From assembly GCA_964606485.1 (NCBI GenBank), contig CAZSGP010000004.1:17030-81029 (forward strand): a DNA stretch of 64,000 nt, in the 5' to 3' direction. This document shows, piece after piece, positions 17,651-26,527 of this stretch (the stretch's first letter is position 1; each line of letters begins with the position of its first letter). The position numbers and the translations under genes are program-made. The notes under the pieces are model-generated. The model did not search any database. It saw nothing but the letters and a program-made list of their open reading frames with translations, and was not told where the DNA came from. Source of the stretch: an uncultured Planctomycetia bacterium (GTDB lineage Bacteria; Omnitrophota; Gorgyraeia; 2-02-FULL-51-18).

Positions 17651-17921
17651 ATTCTAAACCGTCCTTTTCTTGAATTGTTTTAACTTCCGCGCCATGAAGC
17701 GCGCTAGGCACCGTCGTTGGCCCGAAATCAATCCGGCGGATTTTATTCATCTGAAAGCTCTCTACTTTGTGATTCACCGAAATAGCGCATTCAGTATCGT
17801 TAAAAAAAAGAATGTCCCCACTCACGATTTTTCCGTCTACCAGCGTCAGTGTATCACCTCCGGCAAGCGCCACGCTTGCTGAAAATAATAAGCCGATCAA
17901 AGTCATCAGATGCGTTTTCAT
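17640..17921 (-). CDS. small secreted hypothetical protein
   Basis: Signal peptide MKTHLMTLIGLLFSASVALA. Confidence 0.35.
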   Translation of the reverse strand: MKTHLMTLIGLLFSASVALAGGDTLTLVDGKIVSGDILFFNDTECAISVNHKVESFQMNKIRRIDFGPTTVPSALHGAEVKTIQEKDGLEYGK

Positions 17922-18164
17922 TTAATCCCGGAAAATAAATAAGGCCGCGGTTAATCCTACGCCGGTGAGCACTTGAGGAATTGTTCCTGAGACGATGTAC
18001 GGGTAAACCATGAGCGCAATTCCAATTCCCATCGGCTTGAACAAAGACTGCTTTTTTCCGTAAACAAACGCTACGAAACCAATGCCGCCAAATATAATTC
18101 CCGAAAGAATGGTGACCCAGTTGAGCGACCCCGTCATCGACTGCGTTAAATCCGCTAAATTCAT
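17922..18164 (-). CDS. small membrane protein (2 TM)
   Basis: Two hydrophobic helices. Confidence 0.4.
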   Translation of the reverse strand: MNLADLTQSMTGSLNWVTILSGIIFGGIGFVAFVYGKKQSLFKPMGIGIALMVYPYIVSGTIPQVLTGVGLTAALFIFRD

Positions 18165-19636
18165 TCGCTTTCCCCTTCTTTAAACGCTTCCGCCGTAAAC
18201 GTATAAAGTTCTGTCTTTGGATCCTGCCAACAGTTTGCCTCTAAATGTGCTTTTTGTGAACAAAGTTCGTTTAAGAATTGGGTTTTGGTCCACTGGGTTT
18301 CGCTCGCCACCTGCGGCAAAAACACGCCCGAGTGCCCGTCCTGTTTTACGATCACGCCATCACGGCCGAGCACAATTTCATCGGGAGAATTTATTTTTTG
18401 CGGCTGGCTTAAGACGGAAATTTCGATATTTATTTTTGAAAGCTCCTCTTTTTGTACAGGCTTAAAGCGCGGATCTTGGCTTGCCGCCTGTACGGCCATG
18501 CGCCGCACCGCTTGGCCAAGCGGCTCGACCGCCGTGAGGCTTCCGATGCATCCGCGAAGCGTGCCATTTTCTTTCAGTGTCACGAATACTGCGCGATCTT
18601 CCTTCAACTTTTCGTCCGTCTCCGGAATTTCTGGCATCGGCGCATTCGTCACGAAACTTTCAATCGTTTGGCGAGCCACCCTCAAAAGTCTCTGTCTCTC
18701 CTCTTCGGAGTAGCGGCTCGAGGAGCGACGGAGAATAGACGCCCCGTATCCGACGACTCGGGATTTGTCTCCTGTCGCGTCACTGCTATTGGAATAATTC
18801 AACACCTGCAACTTTGATTCTCCCAGCTCTTTTGCAATTTCAATTCCCGTGAGCACCGCCGCGAGCCCGCAGAATTCGATTTCTTTTTTGGAGGCCGCGT
18901 CTAAAATTCCAAGTGTATCTTCTTTTTTTAGAAGTTCGATCGCGCGTGCGTCCATGACTCTCGCAACTTCATCGGTGTAGTAATGACTCATGTCGGTGGA
19001 AATAACAACGAGCACATTTTTATCTTTAATTTGTTTAGCTACCGCTTGCGCAAGCAGGCTAGTGATCTCAAGGTTGGCGTGATTCACCACAATTGGAACG
19101 ATTTTAAAATTTTGAAGCGTTCTTTGCAGAAATGGAAGCTGGACTTCGAGCGAATGTTCTTTTAAATGCGCTTGGGGCTGAAACCAAATTTTTGGATTTT
19201 CAGCTGCAATGGCTTTGGCGAGTGGTTCATCCACCCCAACCGTTCCTAGCGGCGTCTGCCAGTCTCCGCTTGTCCAAATGCTTGCTCCATCCACGTCTAC
19301 CTGATGACTTGGGCCAATCAGCACTACGCTGTCAAAGTGGCGTCCGATTAATTTTTTATAAACAAAAGCGGCTGTTTTTCCGGAGTACACAACCCCCGCG
19401 TGCGGCACGATCACCACTTTGACCGCATCCATATCGACGCTTACATCTACGAGCGCTTGCTCTAAAAACCCATCAATCATTTTGGAAAGTTCAACCGGAT
19501 CTTTTGGGTAAAACGCTCCCGCGACTGCCGGTTCACGGTGAAGCCCCTCTGCAAATGCGGTAGCAACGATTAGGATTAAAAAAAGGACTGTCATCCTGAG
19601 GCCCGCGGGCCGAAGGATCTTTTCTACACGATTCAC
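18161..19636 (-). CDS. Memo (AmmeMemoRadiSam protein B)-AMMECR1 fusion with N-terminal signal/anchor
   Basis: N-terminal PAVAGAFYP...GPSHQ Memo motifs; C-terminal TLRGCIGSL AMMECR1 signature. The hydrophobic segment MTVLFLILIVATAFAEG precedes the Memo domain. Confidence 0.65.
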   Translation of the reverse strand: MNRVEKILRPAGLRMTVLFLILIVATAFAEGLHREPAVAGAFYPKDPVELSKMIDGFLEQALVDVSVDMDAVKVVIVPHAGVVYSGKTAAFVYKKLIGRHFDSVVLIGPSHQVDVDGASIWTSGDWQTPLGTVGVDEPLAKAIAAENPKIWFQPQAHLKEHSLEVQLPFLQRTLQNFKIVPIVVNHANLEITSLLAQAVAKQIKDKNVLVVISTDMSHYYTDEVARVMDARAIELLKKEDTLGILDAASKKEIEFCGLAAVLTGIEIAKELGESKLQVLNYSNSSDATGDKSRVVGYGASILRRSSSRYSEEERQRLLRVARQTIESFVTNAPMPEIPETDEKLKEDRAVFVTLKENGTLRGCIGSLTAVEPLGQAVRRMAVQAASQDPRFKPVQKEELSKINIEISVLSQPQKINSPDEIVLGRDGVIVKQDGHSGVFLPQVASETQWTKTQFLNELCSQKAHLEANCWQDPKTELYTFTAEAFKEGESE

Positions 19637-21043
19637 TTAGACAGGATCCTTCGCTGCGCTCAGGATGACAACTGTCTTCCCGCACGACGAACACGTCATC
19701 GACGGCGCGGAAAAATTTGGTGCGATCTGAATCACCCGTCCACAACCGCAGAAAAAAGATTCCCATCCACCGCCGCGCCTCGTATAACTTTGCGCAGATT
19801 GAGCATCGTTCGCCTTGGGCTTTGCTTCTCCAATTTTTCCAAAAAAAGGCACATCGATCACAAATCCGCAACGCGGACAGGTGATTTTTTTCTCTTCAAA
19901 CTCCGGTGGCACTTTGATGCGCAAACCACACTGGCACGGAAAAAAAGCGAAACCGTGTATGGACCGCGTCAAATCGCCAATGCTGCGATGATCCCACTCT
20001 TCTCCGGGAACTTTTTCGTCCTGAACGGCTGGACGGATCGAAACCTCGCCCTGCTCTTTGAGAGCCTCCGCGCCAATCAGGGGTTCATTGCGATGAATCA
20101 CGCCAAACGCTTTTTGGTATTCGGCAAGCCCCGCTCCCGTCGTCATGGCTCTTAAAATTTGAATGCGTTCCTCAGCCGGCGGGTGCGTGCTCATGAGTCC
20201 AGCGAGCCCATTTTTGAGCGGATTATAAATATACATCGCGGCCGTCACTGGATTGGGTGAGATTGATGGAAAATCCGCTTTTGAAATTTTTTCAAGCGCA
20301 CTCGCCAGTCCCTCCGGGTAGCGCGTGAGGCGCGCGCCGCAGGCATCAGCTAAGTATTCTCTTTTTCGAGAGAGTGAAAAATAAAAAAGTTGGATCAGAA
20401 TCGGTGCGAGAATCGCAACCGCGAGCGCTAGAATAACCATTGCGCCTCCGCCTTTTCCGGAACTTGAGCGAAAGCGTTTATTCGAGGACTCATTCGACGA
20501 AAAAATGCCTCTTAAAAACGCGTCTGACAAAAGCTGAATGCTACCCAGCATGGTTCCGGCAAGCGTCACAAACAACACGTCTCGGTTTAAAATGTGCGAC
20601 ATTTCGTGAGCCACAACGCCCTGGAGTTCGTCGCGGTTTAAACGAGTGAGAAGCCCAAGTGTTACGGTGATGGACGCATTTTCGGTGTGAATGCCGGTTG
20701 CAAACGCGTTCGGTGCTACTTCATCAATCACGTAAAGCTTCGGCATGCGGTTAAGACCCGCCGCAATTTGCATTTCTTCGGTGACGTTGAAAAGCTTCGG
20801 GTGGATTTCAGGTGTAATCTCCCGCGCACCCACCGCCGAAAGGAGAATCTGGTCTCCCCAAAAATAACTGATTACCGATAACCCGATCCATAAAATTCCG
20901 GAAATCGCCAAACCGGACCCGGCGCCGCGCGGCCCTAGTGACGCATAGCCAATCGCATAGCCTGCGGCCAAGAGCACCGCCGCCATGGTGATAAAAAGCG
21001 TCCAGGAGCGGCGCTTATTGTCCTCAATGGCTTGCCAGATCAT
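19637..21043 (-). CDS. M48 family metalloprotease (HtpX-like) with C-terminal double zinc ribbon
   Basis: HEMSHILNRD HExxH motif and TM helices. The C-terminus has CPRCG...CGCGRV...CSSCG. Confidence 0.7.
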   Translation of the reverse strand: MIWQAIEDNKRRSWTLFITMAAVLLAAGYAIGYASLGPRGAGSGLAISGILWIGLSVISYFWGDQILLSAVGAREITPEIHPKLFNVTEEMQIAAGLNRMPKLYVIDEVAPNAFATGIHTENASITVTLGLLTRLNRDELQGVVAHEMSHILNRDVLFVTLAGTMLGSIQLLSDAFLRGIFSSNESSNKRFRSSSGKGGGAMVILALAVAILAPILIQLFYFSLSRKREYLADACGARLTRYPEGLASALEKISKADFPSISPNPVTAAMYIYNPLKNGLAGLMSTHPPAEERIQILRAMTTGAGLAEYQKAFGVIHRNEPLIGAEALKEQGEVSIRPAVQDEKVPGEEWDHRSIGDLTRSIHGFAFFPCQCGLRIKVPPEFEEKKITCPRCGFVIDVPFFGKIGEAKPKANDAQSAQSYTRRGGGWESFFCGCGRVIQIAPNFSAPSMTCSSCGKTVVILSAAKDPV

Positions 21044-21050
21044 TTAAATT

Positions 21051-21605
21051 TTAGAAGGAAACCTTCGGAACAGCCTTCTCGCTCGCGTCGGCAATGGCAA
21101 AAGATTCTTCGGATTTAAACCCAAAGTTTTGTGCGATAAGATTCGACGGAAACATTTGGATTTTGTTGTTGTAGAAAAGAACTTGGTCGTTATAGTTTTG
21201 ACGCGCGAAGGAAATTTTATTTTCCGTGGAACTCAGTTCTTCCTGAAGCGACAAAAAGTTTTGGTTGGCTTTTAAATCAGGGTAATTTTCCGACAGCGCG
21301 AAAAGTTTGGTTAGCACACCGGAGAGCTCCCCTTCGGCTTTGGCTTTATCCGGCAACCCTTGCGCGCTGATCGCCGCATTGCGTGCCTGAATCACGCGCT
21401 CGAGCGTCTGCTTCTCGTGCTGAGCATAACCTTTTACTGTCTCGATCAAGTTGGGAATGAGATCGTATCGGCGCTTCAGCTGAACATCGATTTGGGACCA
21501 GGCATTCTTCACCTGATTTCTTAAAGCAACTAGAGAGTTGTACATTCCGATAATCATCAAAACCGCCAAAACAATAATTCCAAGTAGCGCTCCTAGAATA
21601 ATCAT
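21051..21605 (-). CDS. lemA: LemA family protein
   Basis: N-terminal TM segment plus YNSLVALRNQVKNAWSQIDVQLKRRYDLIPNLIETVKGYA. Confidence 0.8.
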   Translation of the reverse strand: MIILGALLGIIVLAVLMIIGMYNSLVALRNQVKNAWSQIDVQLKRRYDLIPNLIETVKGYAQHEKQTLERVIQARNAAISAQGLPDKAKAEGELSGVLTKLFALSENYPDLKANQNFLSLQEELSSTENKISFARQNYNDQVLFYNNKIQMFPSNLIAQNFGFKSEESFAIADASEKAVPKVSF

Positions 21606-22003
21606 TTCTTAAAGACCTCCTTTATAAAAGTGAACACTGGTTTATCTTCATCCGTCGCCGGATTGTGATCGTCTAAAACTTTTTCAAGCTCGCCCTTGTC
21701 GAACCACAGACCGTGGCCCGCAGTGCAGCGATCGATTAAAAAATTGTTGTTGTCGAAGCGCGCTTTTTCCATTTTTTTGGAACAGATCGGGCATTTGCGC
21801 GGCGTTTCTTCGCTATTAAAGCGGACTATTTTTTGGGACAGGTTCGAACGCGTTTGGGAATTTGGAATCAAAAGCTCAAGCTCTCCGGCGTCGAGCCAGA
21901 TGCCTTGGCAAAGTGTGCAATAATCAACCTCGACCCCACCGGATTCCAAAATAATCAGGGGCTTGCGGCAAGAAAGGCATTCCATTAAAAAATATGCTAC
22001 CAT
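21602..22003 (-). CDS. zinc-ribbon (TFIIB-type) domain protein
   Basis: Two CxxC...CxxC units, each followed by G(I/L)W(L/F)D(A/K)GELE. Confidence 0.5.
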   Translation of the reverse strand: MVAYFLMECLSCRKPLIILESGGVEVDYCTLCQGIWLDAGELELLIPNSQTRSNLSQKIVRFNSEETPRKCPICSKKMEKARFDNNNFLIDRCTAGHGLWFDKGELEKVLDDHNPATDEDKPVFTFIKEVFKK

Positions 22004-22012
22004 GACGCTCTT

Positions 22013-22732
22013 ATGAAAGCCATTGTGCTCGCCGCCGGACGCGGTAAACGCTTCGGAAATAAAACGAAGCTCATGCCTAAGTGTTTAATTCCCCTCGGGT
22101 CGCCCGACAAAACGCTTCTGGGCCGTTATCTCGACTCTTTCCGCGAGATCGGAATCCAAAATGTCGTCATCGTCGTGGGTCATCAAAAAAATAAAATTAA
22201 AACCTTCTGTAAAAAAAATGGCACAGGCCTCACGATTCGCTTTATCGAAAACTCAGCCTACCAAAGAGGCAGTATCGTTTCGCTTTTTAAAGCCGTTCCC
22301 GAGTTTGACGACGATCTTCTCATCATGGACGCGGATGTTTATTTTCCGACGGCGGCACTTGAAAAATTAATTCTCTCTAATAAAAAATCCGTCTTCCTCA
22401 TCGACACGCGTTCCAAATCAAGTGGCGAAGAAATGATGCTCATGGCTAAAAAAGGACGGGCCCTCGGACTCGCCAAAAAAGTGAACCCTTCGCTTCAAAT
22501 TCTAGGTGAAGCTACCGGAATTTTTAAAATTTCAAAAACGCATGTGCCGTTTTTAGCTAAAATTTTAAAAGATTTTATCGGGAAAAAGATTCTGGACGTG
22601 GAGTATGAAGAAGCCTATCAAGCACTGATGCAAAAGATAAGACTGGGATTTGAAAAAATAAACGGGCACTTCTGGACAGAGATGGATTTTGAAGAAGATT
22701 TAAAAAAAATCTTGTCTCAAAAATCCCGTTAA
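22013..22732 (+). CDS. NTP-transferase family protein (LicC-like sugar/phosphocholine nucleotidyltransferase)
   Basis: N-terminal LAAGRGKRFG nucleotidyltransferase motif. Confidence 0.6.
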   Translation: MKAIVLAAGRGKRFGNKTKLMPKCLIPLGSPDKTLLGRYLDSFREIGIQNVVIVVGHQKNKIKTFCKKNGTGLTIRFIENSAYQRGSIVSLFKAVPEFDDDLLIMDADVYFPTAALEKLILSNKKSVFLIDTRSKSSGEEMMLMAKKGRALGLAKKVNPSLQILGEATGIFKISKTHVPFLAKILKDFIGKKILDVEYEEAYQALMQKIRLGFEKINGHFWTEMDFEEDLKKILSQKSR

Positions 22733-23112
22733 GGACAGTACTGCCGGATCGCCTGTTTGACCTGCTCGATATTCACCGGCTTTGAAAGAAACGGCCTACC
22801 GCCAATCACCCCATTCGTTTTGACAAGCTCTTCGCTCGTCACCGTCGCCGTAATAAACACGATTGGCACCTTCGCAAGCGTTGAGTCCCCTAAAATCGAC
22901 TCGGCCGCATCGGGGCCTGCCACATCCGGCATGATCACATCCATAAAAATCAGATCCGGCCGAAATGACTGAGCGGCTTTCAAAGCTCCGCCGCCGTTAT
23001 TTTCAGTCAGCACCTGGTAAAGTCCAGTCGACTCCAGATTTAATTTTAAAATCCGCGTAAACGCGGCCTCATCGTCTACGATCAGGATTTTCTTTTTTTG
23101 AGCTGTCGTCAT
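22729..23112 (-). CDS. response regulator (receiver domain only)
   Basis: ILIVDDE...DLIFMDVIMP...SKP receiver motifs. Confidence 0.8.
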   Translation of the reverse strand: MTTAQKKKILIVDDEAAFTRILKLNLESTGLYQVLTENNGGGALKAAQSFRPDLIFMDVIMPDVAGPDAAESILGDSTLAKVPIVFITATVTSEELVKTNGVIGGRPFLSKPVNIEQVKQAIRQYCP

Positions 23113-24412
23113 AACTAGTGGTCTCCATTTTTACAGGAAGCGTGATCTTCACGAACGCTCCCCCTTCGGGTCGGTTACGAATCTCAATCAAGCCGCGATG
23201 CATTTGAATCGTATTAAACACGATCGGCAATCCCAAACCCGTACCGCCCCGGCCGCGTTTGGTTGTAAAAAAGGGTTCAAAAATTTTGGTTAAAATATCC
23301 GCTGGAATTCCACTTCCGGAGTCCGTCATTTCTACGATTACGACTTCCTCTCCGATTTTTAAAATATCTTCTTTGCGCCGCCCGACTCCCGGTTGAAAAT
23401 TTTTTAAAATTTCGGAGCTCGTTTTAATTTGAATTTGACCGGGCCCTTGCATAGCATCCGCCGCGTTGGTCAGCAAATTGATAAACACCTGCACCATGCG
23501 GTCTTTATCTAGCTTAATCACCGGAAGATTTGAATCAAGTTCCTTCGAAATTTTTACCTTGTGGCGGTCCAGGTGATTTTTCAAAAGAAGCAGAGCACTC
23601 TCGAGAACTGTATTTAAATTTTGTTCCTGCATCAATATCTGAGAGGGGCGTGTCAGATCCAAAAGCCCCTTAATAATCGTATCGGCCCGCTGCACCGCCA
23701 TCCGCATGTCCTGCAGCACCGCATTAAAATCTTCCGATGCCACCTGATCCTTGTAGCTGGATATAAAATCCACTCCCTGCAAAAGAATGGCCAGTGGGTT
23801 TTTGACTTCGTGCGCTGTCCCCGCGGCCAAAATTCCGACGGTCGCGGATTTACTGGCTTGAATCAGCGCTTCTTGCGCGCGTTTTCTTTCCGTAATGTCC
23901 TGCGCCACAAAAATAATTCCCTGAATCTTTCCATCTTTGTCGCGCATCACCGAATACGAAAATAAAATCGGAATCTTGACGCCTTTTTTGGACAGAAATG
24001 TTTTTTCGAGATTGCGCACCACATTCGTTCGCACGAACGCGTCGAGACCTTTTAACTCGGAAATATCTTCTTCTTCCGGAAAAATAATGCTCGAGCGTTT
24101 TCCCACAAGCTCTTCTTCGGTATAACCCAACAACTGGAGCGCGGATTGATTGGCTAAACGAATGGTTTTGTCGGGGTTGAGCACAATGAGCGCGTTCACC
24201 ATCGAGGTCACGATGTTGTCCATGTAGTCTTTAGACACCGTCGTTTTTTCCAAGTGCTCGATCATTTGATTATAGGAAGAAATGAGCTCTTTAATTTCAG
24301 GGTCGGCGCTTGAAGCATCGATGCTCTCAAATCGCCCCTCGGCCACTTTTTGAGTGGATTCTAAGAGCTGCAAGTAGAGATCCGATTGAAGGGTTAGCTT
24401 TTTCGGTGACAT
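23069..24412 (-). CDS. PAS-domain sensor histidine kinase
   Basis: H-box HEVKNPLA; N, G1 and G2 boxes (DSGSGIP...GTGLGL). Confidence 0.8.
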   Translation of the reverse strand: MSPKKLTLQSDLYLQLLESTQKVAEGRFESIDASSADPEIKELISSYNQMIEHLEKTTVSKDYMDNIVTSMVNALIVLNPDKTIRLANQSALQLLGYTEEELVGKRSSIIFPEEEDISELKGLDAFVRTNVVRNLEKTFLSKKGVKIPILFSYSVMRDKDGKIQGIIFVAQDITERKRAQEALIQASKSATVGILAAGTAHEVKNPLAILLQGVDFISSYKDQVASEDFNAVLQDMRMAVQRADTIIKGLLDLTRPSQILMQEQNLNTVLESALLLLKNHLDRHKVKISKELDSNLPVIKLDKDRMVQVFINLLTNAADAMQGPGQIQIKTSSEILKNFQPGVGRRKEDILKIGEEVVIVEMTDSGSGIPADILTKIFEPFFTTKRGRGGTGLGLPIVFNTIQMHRGLIEIRNRPEGGAFVKITLPVKMETTSYDDSSKKENPDRRR

Positions 24413-24491
24413 AGCATATTTAATTAATATTAATCAATACTATATAAATATACACTAGCTTTAGCATTAATGCAAGCGGTGGACACACTTT

Positions 24492-24605
24492 CCTCCCCTT
24501 ACCAAGGGGAGGTGTCCGCCTCAGCGGACGGAGGGGTGAATTGCGCGGATGCACAAAACCACCTCCCCGGCACTTCGTGTCCACCCCTCCTTGGTAAGGA
24601 GGGGG
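24492..24605. repeat. mosaic hairpin element, copy C (M2-M3-spacer-M1)
   Basis: cctccccttaccaaggggagg + gtccgcctcagcggacggaggggtg + spacer + cacctccccggcacttcgtgtccacccctccttggtaaggaggggg. Confidence 0.7.
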
Positions 24606-24611
24606 AATAAA

Positions 24612-25370
24612 TTAAACCTTGAAGGTGTAGATTTTTCCAGGCTCGCGTTCGTTGTCAGGCGGGAAACTCTTGCGCTTGTCGGCGTAATACTTTTGGCGGT
24701 GATCGCCATCAGACGTGCGGTTAAAGGTTAGATACAAGTTTCTGCGGCGACCAGAAGTAAGATTGGGTTCAGATTGATGTGGAACGAAACAATCGAAGAA
24801 GGCAACGTCACCGGGAGACATCGGGTATTTCTTAAATTGAATTCCTTCGAGCTGTTTTTCAGTGAGCGGTTTCATACGCTCGCCAATCCACCCTTTTTTG
24901 TGATGGCCTGCTGAAAGTTCGAGGCATCCGTTTTCAACCGTGCTCTCGTCAACCGTGATTAAAACCGAAATAAAAAACGGTGCGTAATCATCCCAGCCCG
25001 GCTGAATATCCTGATGCGGCGCAAATCCTCCGCCGCCAGGCAGTTTAAAATTAACTTTTTCTTTAAATAAAAGGGCTTTCTCGCCTAAAAGCTCGCTGGC
25101 GCGCCCGAGCATTTTGTCCGCATAAATAAGATCGTGCAGTCCCGGGTGGTAGTCTGCAAATTTTTCAATGCGTGAAAGAACTTTCTTCCCTTTCTCGAGC
25201 AGACTATCTTCAAAATAAGCCATCTGCTTGCCGACTTGGTCGGTCTGAGCGGCAATCTCGTCAATCCATTTTGAAATATGGGCCATCTCCGAGGCAGAAT
25301 ACAGTCCTTTGATAACGATAAATCCGTCTCGGTTGTATTGCACAATATCCGTTTTAGAAAAGTGGCCCAT
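24612..25370 (-). CDS. phytanoyl-CoA dioxygenase (PhyH) family Fe/2OG oxygenase
   Basis: HQD...H facial triad context; PhyH-like length and motifs. Confidence 0.7.
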   Translation of the reverse strand: MGHFSKTDIVQYNRDGFIVIKGLYSASEMAHISKWIDEIAAQTDQVGKQMAYFEDSLLEKGKKVLSRIEKFADYHPGLHDLIYADKMLGRASELLGEKALLFKEKVNFKLPGGGGFAPHQDIQPGWDDYAPFFISVLITVDESTVENGCLELSAGHHKKGWIGERMKPLTEKQLEGIQFKKYPMSPGDVAFFDCFVPHQSEPNLTSGRRRNLYLTFNRTSDGDHRQKYYADKRKSFPPDNEREPGKIYTFKV

Positions 25371-25412
25371 AAGATTTGTTATAATAACACTTTCTTAAAA
25401 AGGGAGAAAGTG

Positions 25413-25805
25413 ATGAGCTCAATTTTTACGCGCATTATTAAAGGGGAACTGCCCTGCACTAAAGTGTTGGAAGATGATCGATTTTTATCCTTCATGGAAA
25501 TTTCGCCGCTCACCGCTGGTCACGCACTTGTGATTCCTAAACACGAAACCGATTATCTTTTTGATTTGAGCGATAAGGACTATGCGGATTTATTTTTGTT
25601 CGCTAAAAAAGTGGCTCGGGCCATCAAAAAAGCGGTTCCCTGCAAAAAAATAGCCGTCATGGTTTACGGATTGCAGGTTCCGCACGCGCACATTCATCTC
25701 GTACCTGTTCACGGAAACGCCGGCGAGCTGAATCTTTCCAACGCTAAAAAAGCCTCGCCCGAAGAATTGGAATCCATCGCTCAAAAAATCCGAAATACTT
25801 TCTAA
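25413..25805 (+). CDS. HIT family protein
   Basis: HAHIHLVP histidine triad. Start set at the Met of MSSIFTRIIKGE, preceded by RBS aagggag. Confidence 0.8.
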   Translation: MSSIFTRIIKGELPCTKVLEDDRFLSFMEISPLTAGHALVIPKHETDYLFDLSDKDYADLFLFAKKVARAIKKAVPCKKIAVMVYGLQVPHAHIHLVPVHGNAGELNLSNAKKASPEELESIAQKIRNTF

Positions 25806-25817
25806 GACTGGTTCTTT

Positions 25818-25932
25818 CCCCTCCTTACCAAGGAGGGGTGGACACGAAGTGCCGGGGAGGTGATTTGCAGGGACGCAGAGCAAATCACCCCTCCGTCCGC
25901 TGAGGCGGACACCTCCCCTTAGTAAGGGGAGG
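25818..25932. repeat. mosaic hairpin element, copy D (inverted relative to copy C)
   Basis: Its reverse complement contains M1, a spacer hairpin (ggtgatttgc/gcaaatcacc), M3 and M2 (ccccttagtaagggg). Confidence 0.7.
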
Positions 25933-25936
25933 AAAG

Positions 25937-26527
25937 CTACGCCGTAATCGGTTTTAACGCTTCCCGAATTTTGGGGGAATGCTGATGATGATTGCAGTAA
26001 CCGCCCGGATTTTTCTGTAGGTATTTCTGATGGTAGTCTTCGGCCGCGTAAAACTCTCCTACATCTGCCACTTCGGTCACAATCGGCCGATCATAAATTT
26101 TTGCCTGATTTAAAAGTGTAATTGCCTTCTCGGCGGTCTTTTTCTGCGCAGCACTGTGCGTAAAAATGGCCGAGCGGTACTGTGACCCCACATCATTCCC
26201 CTGGCGATTGAGCTGGGTCGGGTCGTGATACAGAAAAAAGATTTCTAAAATTTTCCCATACGAAACGAGTGACGGGTCAAAAGTAATTTCGACCGCCTCG
26301 GCGTGTCCCGTGCGACCTGTACAAACCGCTTCGTAAGATGGACTCACAAGGGTTCCGCCCGTGTACCCCACTCGTGTCGCCACAACCCCGTCGATTTCCT
26401 CTAGAAACTTTTCCATTCCCCAAAAACACCCGCCGGCCACTGTCGCTGCTTCAGTTTTCATGTCCCCAGCCTCCGCTAAAATTTGTCCGCTCAAAATAAA
26501 AAATAACGTTAAAAAAATAAATTTCAT
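25937..26527 (-). CDS. msrA: peptide methionine sulfoxide reductase MsrA (secreted)
   Basis: GGCFWG active-site motif; signal peptide. Confidence 0.85.
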   Translation of the reverse strand: MKFIFLTLFFILSGQILAEAGDMKTEAATVAGGCFWGMEKFLEEIDGVVATRVGYTGGTLVSPSYEAVCTGRTGHAEAVEITFDPSLVSYGKILEIFFLYHDPTQLNRQGNDVGSQYRSAIFTHSAAQKKTAEKAITLLNQAKIYDRPIVTEVADVGEFYAAEDYHQKYLQKNPGGYCNHHQHSPKIREALKPITA

